DNA of 64,000 nucleotides from Schmidtea polychroa (lineage: Eukaryota), in contig CM097885.1 of NCBI GenBank assembly GCA_044892525.1, forward strand, positions 11,286,001 through 11,350,000. Reading direction: 5' to 3'. The position numbers were made by a program, and so were the translations under genes. Below the pieces are notes generated by a model that was not told the origin of the DNA, made no database searches, and saw nothing but the letters and a program-made list of their open reading frames with translations. Numbering within the stretch: the first letter of the stretch is position 1; each line of letters starts with the position of its first letter. Shown one piece after another: positions 12,051 to 26,958 of the stretch.

Positions 12051-15000
12051 ATGCTTGAAATTAGAAATTTATTGTTCAATATTATTGACAAACTAGCTGT
12101 TCAAAAGCTTTTTGATTACGCTCCTGAGTTTATTGAAACTTTAAATAAAAATCGTTCTGTGTTTTTGAACATATTAGATCATGATGTGAATTATTAATTT
12201 ATTACATATTTATTTATCTAAACTTAATAGGCTTCAAGTGTAAATGATCGAAATTTAGTATTAAATTCTTATAGAGATCCAATTCAAATTCCAGGTTTCC
12301 AACAAAAAATAACACTATCTCAAGATTTCATCCAGGAAACAATAATTATAAGCGATTTATTTAAGTTAAATGAAATAACATCTGTTGAATTATTACTATT
12401 CGGTTAAATTATATATTTTAGTGTACTCTTTTTTTACTCTAGTTTTACTCCTTAGGTGAAAGTGAGCGAACATCAAATCCTGACATGACTCGTGGATTAT
12501 TGGCAGTAAATCAATATTATAATTCACAAAAAACAATAGTAGAAGCTCTGCGAAATCTACTAAAATTATTTTTAACAATCACAACAGACAATGCAAAAGC
12601 AGTGGAAATTGTAAACTTCACTCAAGCCTTTTGCGATAGTTTATTTCAACATGGCCTATTTCCGAAATTGATCGGTTTATTAAAAAATCTAGACATAAAC
12701 AAAGAAATCGAATTACTGGAATCTCAACGAGCTCTAGGAACAGCTAGGCACAGGCGTCGGTTTTTTTTAATTTTTCAAAGCATTAAAGAAACACTGGCTG
12801 AATGTATTTTGTTACGAAGCTTCAAATGTCCACTTAATACGGCTGATACAAAATTATTAATCGAATTTATGCGGGAATTTTATAAGGAAAGCAACAAAGA
12901 AATCAAGGTAATTGTTTTGCTTAATATTTGAATAGTTTAGTGAATTATTAATGTAGATAATTAATTATGAACATTTATTAGGGCAATTATTATATAATTA
13001 TATATTTCATCAGTAGCGGTGGCTGTAGCAGGCGGGTGGAGCGCGTGGGGGGGGTGAGGGTAACACGGGCTGTCCTATTTATTATCCTACATATTAATAC
13101 GTATTTAATGAATGAAATGCTTCAATCAATGAGAATAACATTGCCAAATGGAATGCCATCCGAATTATTCAGGGCGTAATTATCGATATATTGCTGTAAT
13201 CATACAGAAACATTCATTATAAATTCAACCAATCATCGATAGCAAATCAAAAAACCAGTAAATTTATTGGATATAATCACTGCTTGTCATTAACCGCCTC
13301 TATAACTATTGCGCTTAGCTTTGGGCGTCGTTGTGACCCGATCCATGAGCCGGTGACAATTCCGTGGGCATGGCAACGCCTGATATAGCGCTAGTGATCA
13401 TACACGCTAATGCATGCATGCATATCTGGAATATATCTAATATGGATCATTTTGGCATCTCAATCAATGCCATCGGTGCCAATAATCACCACAGGATTCC
13501 AATCGATTGCATTTTATCGATCAATCGCTACCAGTTTCCCCGTTGTTCATTTCCCAGCGGAAATTCCCCTCCAAACTATATAAAATGCGTTTAATCTATC
13601 GTTGACTGCTTTTTACACTATTTTATCGATATTTTATCTATTTTCTATGTGACAAAATATTAATATTTAAATTTCCATCACCAAAAACGAAAACGATCAA
13701 AGATGATTCCTACTGATTAACCGCCTAGTTCCCGATATTGCTTATTTCTACCTTTTAATGATTGATTTTTCATCTTATTAATATTGTTTGATAACATTAT
13801 ATTTGAGTAATTGTAATCAATAATGTGATTTACTCAATAAATCGATTCGTAAATTTCATTTGAATAAATGTTACAGAATGAAGAGAATGAAACAATTGCT
13901 TTGCGGGAAGTTAAAATCGTAGATAAATGCTTTGTATATTTGCTAGTCAGTTTGATGGATTCAATTAATCCAGTCATTAATGAAAACAACGCGACGAATT
14001 ATTCACAGGATTGTTGGTTTCATTCATGGCGTTTTTTATTTGTTGAATTCCATCGGTTTAGGCCTCACGCATCCTTTCTTTACTGATGACGAATACACGA
14101 GAAATATTAGCGATCTGCTTTCGAAGAATATTAATGGGAATAATGATAACGAAATGAAAGAATATGAAATGAAAAATATCGTTCAGAATTTTGATCAAGT
14201 TATATTTCTGGCATGGATTATTTCCCTACAGAAGGTGTCGCATTTGAAACAGGAGAAATGCATTAACAGTTGTCAAATGACCACCAATTTCGGAGATTAT
14301 GACGATATTTTGGACTGTGACCAATCGAAACTCGAATCTGGAAATCTCTATGAAATCTTTTCATTTTTGACCGTAATAACAGGAATTGAAGAATTCCATG
14401 AGCAGGTAAACGGATTTCAACGCGGGAAAGATTTCTGACTTTGTTTTACAGAACATTTGGATAAAATGCTTTCATGATTTGGTCACCGATTTCATTATCT
14501 ATATGCCGAAAATGCTGAAGGATTTAAAAACGGAAAGTTTAAGAACTGCATCGAATGTTACTCATTTCTCCTCATTGATGGGATTAATTGGAAATGTGCA
14601 TGGGCCTCCTGAGAGATTGTTTGAATCTTCAATTCCATTTAATAATGAATACTTGGAAAGCTTAACATTGGAATTCTGGGCTCCGCAAGACATGACAGGT
14701 ACCGATTTATCGGCATCATTGATATCGACTGGCAATTACAAGAATTTGTCTATCAAATCCAATTGTTCATATCGACAGTCGATGCTTTTTAAATTCATTC
14801 GAGACTGTGGAGATTTGATCGATAATCCAGAGTTTCTGTTGAATTTCCTCTTCATGTTGAAAGGGTTGTGCATAAATGAACGCGTGGCGGTTTATATTTA
14901 CAATATGTTCAACAGCAATCTGATTGGTAAGCGGTTTCTGTTTTCTCTTTATAATTTCCATTTCCATATGAAATATTCTCATTAAATATTCATCAACAAT

Positions 15001-18000
15001 AACTCATTTAGTAAGCACTTTTATCTGTCACGCGGTGTTACAGAGGCGCTGAAAGCGGTTTAAAGGTAGTCAAGGTCACTTAGGTAGGTTACTGTTAGAA
15101 ATGTAGGTCAAGGTCATTAAAGTAAGTTAGAGATATTGGTTAAAGTTGTTAAAAGTAAGTCAAGGTCATTAAAAGTAAATCAAGGTTATTTGAAATAGGT
15201 CAAGGTCATTAAAGTAAGTTACTGTTAGAAATATCGGTGAAGGTCATTATAAGTTAGTCAAAGTCATTCAAAAAAGTCACAGCGAGGATCGAGTATTGAT
15301 AAAAGTTGCATATACATATCAAATTATCAGGTTTCATAAATATGGCTAATAAATTATATAAGTTTCTCCTTCACTGATCTAATAGCTGAAATATTTCATT
15401 CCAGGGCATCATAATAAGCTTTCTTGGGAATATTTTTCAACTTGCATGCTTCACCATGCCAAGTTTTACCACTCGAACCCTCACAGAAATCAAGTAATGG
15501 ATCCGATGGAACTTGCAGGATTATTAGTTGTACTGCAGCTCACAAGGCAAGTGACTAAAATGGTATTGGTTTTTTGGTGACATTTTCTACTGATTATTAA
15601 CCCGGTAATTGAACAGAGTCCTAAAGTGTGTGAAATGATGGTGAATAACGACTCGCTGATGATAGTTCAAAACTTGGTCTTGCTGTTGTCTTGTGGTGTA
15701 CCAAAATCACTGAAAGCCGAGCTGTTTAATTGTTTGGCTGTGTTTTGTCATAACGTTTTAGTAGCCAAATCAATCTGGCAAGCACTCGAATCAAACAAAA
15801 TCATAAGCAACTCACATGAAATCCATTCTTGTAGTATTCAAATTGAACTTGGGGAAAATGAGCCTAAATTAGAAGAATTCGATATTACTAGAGCATTTCT
15901 CAATTTCCTATTAGCAATTGCTCCTCATATCTTGTGTGATATATCGTATTTGGATCAGTCTATGTTGTCATATGATAAATTGAATGTCTCCATTATTTCT
16001 GCTCCTTCTCATCACGCGGTTGTCGAGAATCTTACTTCTGTTGTCCAGTTGATGATGGAGAATGTTTTTCTCAAACATTCTATGAGGACCTATAGAAATA
16101 TCTACGAAAAGGTGTGATTTACTTTATATTGATTTATTGATATCATTTATTATTAATATTGATTTTAATATGATTATATTGATTTCTAAAAGTAATTAAT
16201 TTTTCGATAAATAATAAAATTTCTTCCATATTCAACAAATATTATCGAATTCTGATTTTTTGACCTTGTATAAAGAATCAATGAAATTTTCTTTATTTTC
16301 TCACTTTTCAGTTTGCAATTTGTGAAAGCTTTTTGAAGTTGAGTAGTAAATGCGTCGAGTTATTCCTTGCTCAGAGCGGTAACACAAAAAACAGCAAATC
16401 TAAAATCTCCTGGTGTCAATATGATCCAGGATTTTACATTATCAATCAATTATTGTCGGAATCTCCCTTTTTCAAAACCATCGTTAGCATTATTGAAAAT
16501 GGATTCCTACAAATCAATGAAACTCTAAATAATGTTACCTTTGGTCAGAAATCATTCAGCGAGCGAACTGTTGAGTTGTTGGGAAATTCCATATATCTTG
16601 CCATGGATTTAGTTTCAACCGTTTTGAAGCATGAATCATTTCTAGTTGAATTAAACACAAAATTTAAGTAGCTCATTTTTGGTTTTTTATCGATTTCCAA
16701 TGACGATATTTTGCAGTAGTCAATATAAAATCGATAATTATCGCTCCAACATTCGGTCTGTGAAATCAAGAAATGTCATACCGCAGGAACTTAGCCAATT
16801 GTTGATCACAACTGGTGGATCTCAATCTTTCCTACCGAATCTCATCAAGTATATCAGCATTGCTGATGAAAATGAGAAAATCGCAAGGAAAGCTTTAACG
16901 ATTTTCAATTATTGTATTGAAATAGTTCAGCCTCATAGCAATTTGATGTTGCTGTTGACCAATCAGAATGTAAATGAATTGATTTATCCCTATCATCAGC
17001 GGTTTATTGTTGTTACCATACATTAGGCAGTAGATGTGGACATTTTGCCCCTGATGGTCAATTGCATTGATAAATATGGAGATATTGATTCGACTTTCGT
17101 TGATTGCGTGGAAAGGGGGAAAATATCTCAATTGTTTTTCAATGATTATGTTTCTCACTCTCCAAGGACTTTGGTGCTGAAGATATTGATCAATTGCCTC
17201 CAACAGCCAACTCCGAATCTCGGTCAATATCTGATGGGGTTTTCTTGTGCTAGCACGTTCTCAGTCAAACGGACATCATTGCAAGAAGCAGGAGTTGGAG
17301 ATTTCCCGAAAACGTGTTTGCATTCATTGTTGAATCTCATTCAACGATTGGTTACTGGAATCGTTTCAAATCCATTATTGAAGGATAATGATATCCCTGT
17401 GGAATGTCTCCCGGAATTAGCTGCCGATATGATCGATATCTGCCTTGGATATCGCATTCTTTATCTTTTAGCCAGTAACTCATTCACATCAATGGCTGTC
17501 TTGAGGTTCATTAGGAGCAATTACCAGTTCATTTTCAAGCAAATTGATTTGCTGGCATTTACAACTGCTCGATTAAATAATCCTGGTAAGTTATTATCAT
17601 TATTGATTATTGATTAATTTAACGATATTTGAGTGTTGTTTAAATATTTTTGAGATCTCACCGCACCTTTCTAAACATATTTAAACATCAAATGTTTCAA
17701 TATATGAAAACAAATTAAAATTTTTTGGTCATTATCGATTTTCAATGTTTTTGATTTTTGAGATTCGCATTGATTTACCAGATCTTTTACAAAACACATT
17801 TATGAATCTGACAGAGAATTTAATTCTCTATGAAATGATATAAAAATATTTTAGAAGTTTTCATTTTTAATCTATTTTAATCAATACTTTGTAATGATTT
17901 ATTCGATAAATTGATTATGAAATTGCAATATTATATATTGATTAATAAATACATTATATTGACCTATAAAAACAATTTTCAATGTGACGCGAGGCCTCGA

Positions 18001-21000
18001 TTTCAATTTGCCGGCATAAACACGGAATTCATATATTTACTCTCATTTTAAATCTAGAATTGAGAGCAATCGTCTGGAATCAAAAATCATGGCTGCTGAA
18101 AATTATCGCCATAGAAATCCGTTTATGTACCGCAAATCAACAGCGCTCTTATATTTCCAAATTATTGAAACTTTTGTTCGGAGGTAACCAGTGTCTTATT
18201 TTGTGTTCCCTTATGACCTTTCCTTCCTTTTAGAAGACTTATACTCTTCCAATAGCAATTCGTTCCTATCGTGGCTGAGTGACGAAGGTATTGTAGCAAT
18301 TTGAAAACAAATTACTGTGAATATTCATTGTCAACTCTTCCTAGAAGCTGTTTGCCAAGGTCTTATTTATGTAATTCTTGAAGATTTTGACATCACAGAC
18401 TCTGAAGATTTCGTTGATTTCTCTATTTGTCAACGGTTGAAACCTGAAGTTTTGAAAGAAGTTAGGTAAATGAATGATCAGCAATTATTGATAATGTTCT
18501 GTAGTATCTGAATGATTGCATCGAAGAGACATATATGGGAATACAGTTAATTGATGGGAATAAATTCAAGCAGATCATATTTGCTGATATAAATATGGTT
18601 GGTGATGAGGAGCAGCTTCAGATGTTACAGTTCGAGGTTGATAACGTTTGCCATTTGATCGATAGATACAATACAAACAATATCTGGTTGAAATTCGGGA
18701 AATCGGCAGCCACAGATGCCTGGTCTCAAGTGATAGAGGTTGTGATGCTGTCGGGATGCAGTGGAGAAGATTCTGTACAAATCGAGATTAAGAAGAAAAA
18801 AATTTATGAAATTCTCCATTTAATCTATCAGAAAGTTCGATTTATTGAATATTGGAAATGGTTATTATGAGATTGATTGACAGATGCTAATTCCGAGCAC
18901 CCCGAGCTGTTTAGTTAGCCCTTTCAGTCGAGTTTCGCTGATATTGTCTGCCGTTCTTGCTGGCACATTTATTTGCAATCAGACCCAAAGCAATTTCCTT
19001 TCACAACTCATGCCGAGCGATGAAAGGAGAAATTCAGAAGAAAAACGGCTAGAAACAATCGACATTGAGAGCTTATGTAATCAATTGAGAATATTGATAA
19101 AGCTCACAACTAGATGTATAATGGAAATAAGTAAGCGCATTTTCCTGTTGTATTTGAATATTTTTGCATAATTATCGATTTATTATCGATTCACAACTCA
19201 ATAATTTCTATTGATTTCGATTGAATATTAAAAAATGTTAAAAATCTGCACTTATAAATAAATTGATTTATTTTATGCAATATTTAATAATAATGAATTT
19301 ATAATTATTAATAACTGATTTGGTAATATTTGATCTATAAATTTATTATAATATTGGCTAATAATTTATTTTGTGATATTTTATCCATAATTTTGATTTT
19401 TCGTTAAAAATATAGTATAATTGATTAATAATTGATTAATAATTTATTATATCTGAATCGATTAATATTTGATTTTCGGGTGTACGATCGATATATTTTT
19501 TTTTTTATTTTTTATCTTTAATAATCGCTTTTTAATTAATAAATAATTTTTTAGTATTTGATTAATTATAGTAATCGATTATATATTTGATTTTATTATA
19601 TTTTACCTATAATTTCTATCGAATAATATATTTTGGGACATGATTGATAAATATATTACTTCATTACGCCATGGTATTTTATATATAAATATCGATTTTT
19701 AATTAATAATTGATTTTTTATATTTGATCAATATTAATAATTGATTATTAATTGATTTTGTTATATTTGACTTGATTAATAATTTATTTTATTATATCTG
19801 AATTGATAAATAATTGATTTTGGGACATATGATTGATAAATGTATTACTTCATTACGCCATGGTTTTTTATTTATAATTATCGACTATATATTTGATTTT
19901 ACGATATTTTATATATAATTTCTCTCGAATAATTGATTTTTTAATTGTTTTTCGATGTTTATAAAAACATTATTTGTAATTTGCCTGCTCTAGATTTCAA
20001 ATATCAAAATATCCGAATAAAGTTTTATGGTGCTCTGACATATCTGCTTGAAATTGTCCTCGCGATAAGTTTGTATAGATAATATATTGTCGAATGCTTT
20101 TACGCGCCATTTAAGGTAAATTCAATCGAAATTTCTCGAGCCTCCTCAATGAGTGTTATTTGACCATCAATAACCATTCATTGTTGCTGGAGAAGATATC
20201 TGAGAATTCCCTCTACTCTACTGTATGCTGTGACTGCATCAGTGGGAATTTCCATTTATCTATCTCTGCATTGACTCTCCTTGATTGCATTGCTACACTT
20301 GATAATGACAATGGCGGTTTAATAGGCTACTTGAATTCACAGGGCTATCTCAAGCATTTCATTGTCAGTCTGATACGAGATTGTGACAATCTCTATATCA
20401 ATATGAAGCAGCATTGTTACGGCACGAATTATATTCAAGCAGATTCCAGCAACACAAATGCCATTTATTCATATTATTTATATCAGTCCCGATTGTCATT
20501 GCTATGCAAATTGGCAACACAACCAAGCGGTGCCAAAGCATTGGTCCAATGTGGCGCATTATCGAGCTTGTCTCGCTGTGAGATATTCAAAATGAAGCCG
20601 CCATTGATTGGAGGAGAATCAATATCCCACAACGTCATGGACACCGATGATGAAGGAGATATCGATGATATCCGCGTTCAATATAAAACAGTTATCTCAT
20701 TGGCTATTCAATTTGCCAATAATATTCTCTCTGCTTCCGGTAGAATTGAATTGATTGGTCTATAAGATTAATGATTGCTATTCGCTCCTTTCTCCTGCAG
20801 GGCTTGATAAAACCGATGCCATTCGAGAAGTGCTGATATTTATTGGCGAATCCATCGATTGCTTCATTGAGCCGTTCCATTCACCTTCCAATGCTTCCAA
20901 TAGCATTTCTATTAAGGAAATGATTCAGATTAGCAATCTATTTGTCATTCTCGTCCCGGCAATTCTCAATTCCAAATCATTAATAGAGTAAAATAATTCC

Positions 21001-22896
21001 TCCCGCCTCCCCCCTGAACAGCCAATTAATAATAGCGCGTTTAGATTGGAGTATAAATACCGGAGCTTGGAGAAGATGAAACGGGCAGGATCGATGGTGA
21101 TGAGTGTGATATTGGAATTGTTAACCAATCCCATCATGCACAATGAGCATGAAATGATGCTCCATTTCCTTCACATTCAGTTGATGGGGAATTGCCTATC
21201 GATTGCCGCTGGATTTGTCGCTCCCTGTGCTGCTGCTGGTGCTCAATGTGCCGCTGATGGTCCTGATGCATTCAATCGCGTCTTTTTCTCACCGGTGATC
21301 GATGAATCTATTGGCGGAAAGAATAGTAAGCAATGAATCCATTTGTGTGCGCGCGCGCGTTCATTTACAGCTGGATCGATAATTGCAGGTTGGAATTGCG
21401 CGCTGAGAAGGATCTCCCAGGCTGTCCGATCGGGCAATAAACCGCCTCTCAGTTTGGCAGTGATTATCCTGTTCAAATTGCAGGAATGCTTTGAAATGGC
21501 CAGCAAGAAACTGTCGGTTTTTGATGTGATGCAAGATTTGCCCGCTGCTGGTGCCGCTGCTGGTGCCGCCGGATTGCTGGATTGCAAAGGCCGCAGGAAG
21601 CTGCTGAGGTCGGCAGGGGAAATTGAGGAGAAACTGATGAGAATGTCAACTGATCAATTGCAGTTGCTGTGGAATTCAGTATTTGATTCAGTTCCTAGGA
21701 TCACTGACGACAGCCCAATTATCGCATTACCGGATCAAGTGAATGATCTCGTGATCGTATACAAGCGCATTACTTGTGTTATTTCATCACTCAAAGGTTT
21801 CCTGATTTATTTATTTGTTTATATTGCTATCGATTATTTATATTTGTCTTTTATTGTTTCATTTTTTGTTTTTGGATTTTTTTATTATTAATTTAAATAT
21901 TTAATTTATTACTTGTTTTATTTTTTTATTGTAATAATATTTTTATTAAAATTATTATTTTTACAATTTTTTCGATTTTTACTATTTATTATTTTTAAAT
22001 TTTATTATTCCATTTTAATTTTTTTTCAAAATTCAGTTTTTATTTTTTTAAGTAATATTATTTTTATTTTATTAATAATTTTATGTTTATTTAAAATAAT
22101 TAAATTTAAAATATATTTATTTTCAATAATTATTTTAAACTTTATTATTCCACTTTTAATTATTTTTATTTAAAATTTTATTCGATTATGTTTTTTTATT
22201 TTTAAAAAATTTTTTTTTTAATTCAGTTTTTATTTATATATTTATTATTAATTTTTTTTTATTATTAATTTTAATATTTTTTTAATATTTAAAATTATTT
22301 TCAAAATTCAGTTTTATTTTTATAAATATTTTTATATATCTTTAATTTTTTTAAATTATTTTAATTTATTAGTTTTAATATAAATTTTAATTAATTTATT
22401 TTGTAATTATTTTAAACTTCATTATTCCAATTTTAATTATTTTTTAAACTATTAATATTTTATTTTATTATAAATGTTATAATTCCATTTCTAGACTCAT
22501 TGGAAAGTTGCTGTTTCTTGATCTGGTATCACGCGCTGGCATACAACAACAACAACAGCTCAACGAGTGCCGATAAAGATAACTATATGATCACAGCTGA
22601 TTCCAGCCTTCATCCAATCCAGCGATTGCATAAAATTCAACAAATTAAAATGGAATTCGATACACCAAAATCAGTCAATCAATCAAATAACGATATAATT
22701 TTCTTAATATCTAAATGTATCGATGATGACCTTCTCTACAAGATCCAATCGGCATTTGAGGTGACATTTGTTGATATGTTTATCAATAATGAATCATTGA
22801 TTACTGTTTTATTTCCAGATTTATTCCGATGAGAATGAGAGCTCATTCTTGAGAATCTTGGTTCACCGACTGATGAGGATTCTTAAACTTGTTTAA
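12051..22896 (+). CDS. NUP205: Nuclear pore complex protein Nup205, multi-exon host gene
   Basis: ISDLFKLNEITSVELLLFG..TRGLLAV..KEIELLESQRALGTARHR and PNLGQYLMGF..GVGDFPKTCLHSLL match metazoan Nup205. GT-AG introns. Last exon ends SFLRILVHRLMRILKLV*. Confidence 0.92.
15060..15270. repeat. Intronic minisatellite, ~20-nt unit with GTCAAGGTCATT core
   Basis: About 8 degenerate tandem copies inside a NUP205 intron. Confidence 0.8.
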
Positions 22897-23330
22897 AAAT
22901 TTTTGATTAATAAATGTTTAATAAATTTGTTCTTTTTAATAATCTATTGCAAATATTTTTATTAAATAATTATTTATATTTTTACTTCTATTTTTGGAAT
23001 TAGAATAAATTATGTTTGCGGAAACCCATATATTATTTAGAGGAGTCATCTTTTGAAAATGCATATTTTTCTCTAAAAATATATTTTTGAGTTGTTCTTT
23101 TGAATTTTCAACCTTAATAATTCAAATTTTTCGTTTCTATTTAGTTGTTTAGAAATTTGACCAATAAAGAATTTTTTTGAAGTAAAATTAACTAAGTATA
23201 AATAAATTTATACAAACTTCTTTATAACCTTTGTTTAAAAATTCATTTTCAATTTACATTTTGAAAATGTAATATTCAAGAAATATTTCTTTTTACTATT
23301 TATTTATACTATTATAATTGTTAATGATTT

Positions 23331-24012
23331 TTAAACTATATATATTTTATTTTATTATAAATGTTATAATTTCATTTCTAGACTCATTGGAAAGTTGCTG
23401 TTTCTTGATATGGTATCAATAACAACAACAACAGCTCAACGAGTGCCGATAAATATAACTATATGATCACAGCTGATTCCAGCCTTCATCCAATCCAACG
23501 ATTGCATAAAATTCAACAAATTAAAATGGAATTCGATACACCAAAATCAGTCAATCAATCAAATAACGATATAATTTTCTTAATATCTCTACAAGATCCA
23601 ATCGGCATTTGAGGTGACATTTGTTGATATATTTATCAATAATGAATCATTGATTACTGTTTTATTTCCAGATTTATTCCGATGAGAATGAGAGCTCATT
23701 CTTGAGAATCTTGGTTCACCGAATGATGAGGATTCTTAAACTCGTTTAAAAATTTTTGATTAATAAATGTTTAATAAATTAGTTCTTTTTATTTTATTTG
23801 TTCTTTTTAATAATCTATTGCAAATATTTTTATTAAATAATTATTTATATGTTTACTTCTATTTTTGGAATTAGAATAAATTATGTTTGCTGAAACTCAG
23901 ATATTATTTAGCGGAGTCATCTTTTGAAAATGTATATTTTTCTGTTGAATTTTCAACCTAAATAATTCAAAATTTTCGTTTCTATTTAGTTGTTTAAAAA
24001 TTTGACCAATAA
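23331..24012 (+). pseudogene. Tandem duplicate of the last two NUP205 exons and 3' flank
   Basis: Copy of ~22445-23170 with small deletions in the coding exon. Confidence 0.9.
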
Positions 24013-24092
24013 AAAATTACGTTAAAAAGTTTATAAAAAGTTTACGTTAAACCACCAAATGCGAAGTGCACATCGATATGGGGTGAAGGGAT

Positions 24093-26111
24093 TGTAACTG
24101 TTGGCGTATGTGGGGAGGAAAGAAATTTTAGTACAAGGCATACAATCGTTTTCGTTCCGCTCAGGCCCTTCTCCCAGCATACCCGTATTGATTTTACTAA
24201 TATCCCTCATGTGTGCCCGTGGAGGTATTACACGTTGGTGATGCCCACATGGGTTGGAGTTGGTTAACAGGTGAGCCCCTACCTTAGGGCTACTATTAGC
24301 CCACTCACGGTTCGGGTTCTAAGGTGCCATAGAAGGTCTTACCCATACTCACATTTTAACCGGTTTGACCCTGGTCCGAGGGGACGACCTTCATCTATCG
24401 GCAGATATTCAATTTCATCATTTCATTTATACAAATTATATAGCAATTCATACCAATAACGCTCTTGACACAACAAAAATTATATTCAGGTAAGTAAAAT
24501 ACATTACACAACAGTTAATACACCGAAAAGATACTTAGAAAGCTGAATCAGGTAGTACGCTTCCTGAGAAGGCATCGGAGATTATCGCGATGTTTATTCA
24601 CAATGGAAAAGAATCGAGACAAGTCATTGGAACACTTCTCCCTCAGTAATCATTTCGTCGATGTCGACGGGTAATCGGCGATCTTCGAGGAATTTGATGC
24701 CGTCGGATGAAATTACCCGGAAAATTTCTTTCGATGGGATCGAATGGGTGGATGAGATTTCCTGGATCGTCGACTGTGCCGCGGACAACGAGGCTTCGAG
24801 CGCTTCGAGTGCGATCGTTAAGAGTGCATCCCATCATTTCTATCAGCAACACCGAAATCTCCAACAGTTGCAAAGATGATTAAACTTCAAAAGGAGAATG
24901 ATTCATGTTGAAATCGACATTTATATCTAGTTTTGACTTTGTGAGAATCCACATAGAATGGAAAGACCTTTTCGTGCGTAGCTTGTCTATCAGCATATTT
25001 AGAAGGAGAACTTGTTCGACCATAATTCGCGAGAAATTCCAACATTTTCCGTAATACACCGCATTTCCGAGATTTGTCCAATATTTCGCATCGAAAGGAC
25101 GTTAGCGAATAAACCCCTAATTTCATCTATCTGTAGGGTCCGAGTGGACGTGGAAGTCGAGGTTTGACAGGCCACTATCATTAATAACCCGTCGATCTAG
25201 ATAAAATGTAAACATTCTCCGATAATCAATACAAATACTCACCATAGTCTTGAGGAAAGCTGCTGTCGGCGAGTTTTGAGAGATTATCTTTCGGTTTTGT
25301 TCTGTTAGGAATTGGCTGCAGTCGACAGATAAGAAATTGTTGGGTTATCGAGTTGGTGATAAAATTTAATGTTACTCTGATTCCAAGCGTGTCTTTATAT
25401 AATTCACAAATAACACTTGACAACAGAAATCTTTATTGATAATCACAAATAAACTTTCACTTGACACTGACGATAAATTCAACACTCTACTTGGTGATTA
25501 TACAATGCTTATTACAACACTCGGTGAGGAATAGCACTTGTGTATAACACCGGATTAAAAGATCACAAATTACTGATTGGTTTCAAAACTGGGATTTTGA
25601 GCGGTTGTTTTCCTTGACTTTCTTTCAAACTTTATTCAAATAATCAATAACTTCTTTTCGTTTTGTTATTCAGCCAATCCTCCTCTTCAACTCTTCTCCA
25701 ATAATTATTTTCCACAATTATTTCCTTTACAATTACTTTGACAATCGTTTGTCCAACAAAGTTTCGTCCAACGTTTAATTTTCCTCAATAATTCTATTTC
25801 TCAAATCGTCTCTCAAATTGTATCTAAAATCGTCTTCCAAATCGTCTCTCAAATCGTTTCTCCCTTTGTTCCTTTTGTTTCCCTTTGGTTCTAATTTCAT
25901 GTTCACCAGTTTTCCTTTATATAATTTGCTTCTCTTGTGGCACTCCAGATAATCGAGTGTTTTTCCACTTTCCATCTCCTGCTTTTCCCGACTGTCCCAT
26001 TTTTATCTCTGACAGCTGTCTAGTTGTTTTTCCCTTTTTCCTTTCTTGTTTGGCCGCCTTCTCCCATCAATTCTATTATCACTCGCAAGCTGTCGAGATA
26101 AGGATATTGTT
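24093..26111 (-). repeat. Distal part of a long retrotransposon LTR (left boundary approximate)
   Basis: Continuous across the Polinton TSD with the PPT-adjacent LTR start at 41536. Candidate TG termini at 24093 and 24099. Confidence 0.5.
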
Positions 26112-26650
26112 AGTAGGGTATTGTGTGGACCCGGGAACAAAGACATATGACGTCATCGATGACGTCACAAAGACATATTACGTCATACCCCCCACCCCCC
26201 GGGGGGAGGGGGTATTTTTTTTTTTTTTTAATTTTTTTAAAAAAAAAATTTTTTTTTTAAATTTATATTACGTTGCGGTATTTTAAAATATATATTACGT
26301 TGCGGTATTTTAAAATTTATTATATTTTAATTATTAAATATATTACGTTGCGGTATTTTAAAAACTTATTGATAAAAGTTTAATAAAATAAAATTATTAT
26401 TACACACACACAATATAGTCTACCCGACAAAATATTCTGTTCCCCTATGGTCATACACACACACAATGTATAAAAATATTATTAGTGTCCACACACGCAA
26501 CAAGTTAGTGTTCTCATTGATATATTATTAATCTATATACTCCGAGTCTATCCGACAAAATATTCTGTCCCCCTATGGGTACTGCTCACAAGGGTACTGG
26601 TTACACTCAACAAGTCGCAAGGGTATTAATAAACAATGTAATAAAACATA

Positions 26651-26745
<95 letters not shown>
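26112..26745 (+). repeat. Left terminal inverted repeat of copy 2
   Basis: Reverse complement of 40693-41288. Contains a CRE palindrome, a C/G tract and three ATTACGTTGCGGTATTTTAAAA units (two in the right TIR). Confidence 0.95.
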
Positions 26746-26746
<1 letters not shown>

Positions 26747-26958
26747 ATTTCTATCACAAATCATGGTTAACAAAAAACATAGTCGAATATTATAAAATTA
26801 AGGTATTGTGTTAGCACACACTCGTTATAATAATTAGCAATATAGTTTTTATGGTGTATCAAATCAAAACCTTTCTTTTACATTTATAGTCTATCAACCA
26901 ATCAAAATCATATGGTATTAGTATAAATAAAAACATTATATTTTAAATTATTTTAGAA

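Noticed and set aside
13010..13750. GC-richer segment in a NUP205 intron with a 76-aa ORF
   Set aside because: No recognisable domain, TIR or TSD; probably a decayed insertion that I cannot classify.
21913..22173. Hydrophobic 86-aa ORF
   Set aside because: Low-complexity T-rich NUP205 intron sequence.
24040..24062. Possible primer binding site (minus strand TGGTGG) next to the LTR end
   Set aside because: I cannot match it to a tRNA 3' end, and the LTR boundary is uncertain.
24271..25975. Short ORFs in the LTR region
   Set aside because: No motifs, found on both strands, and lengths consistent with chance.
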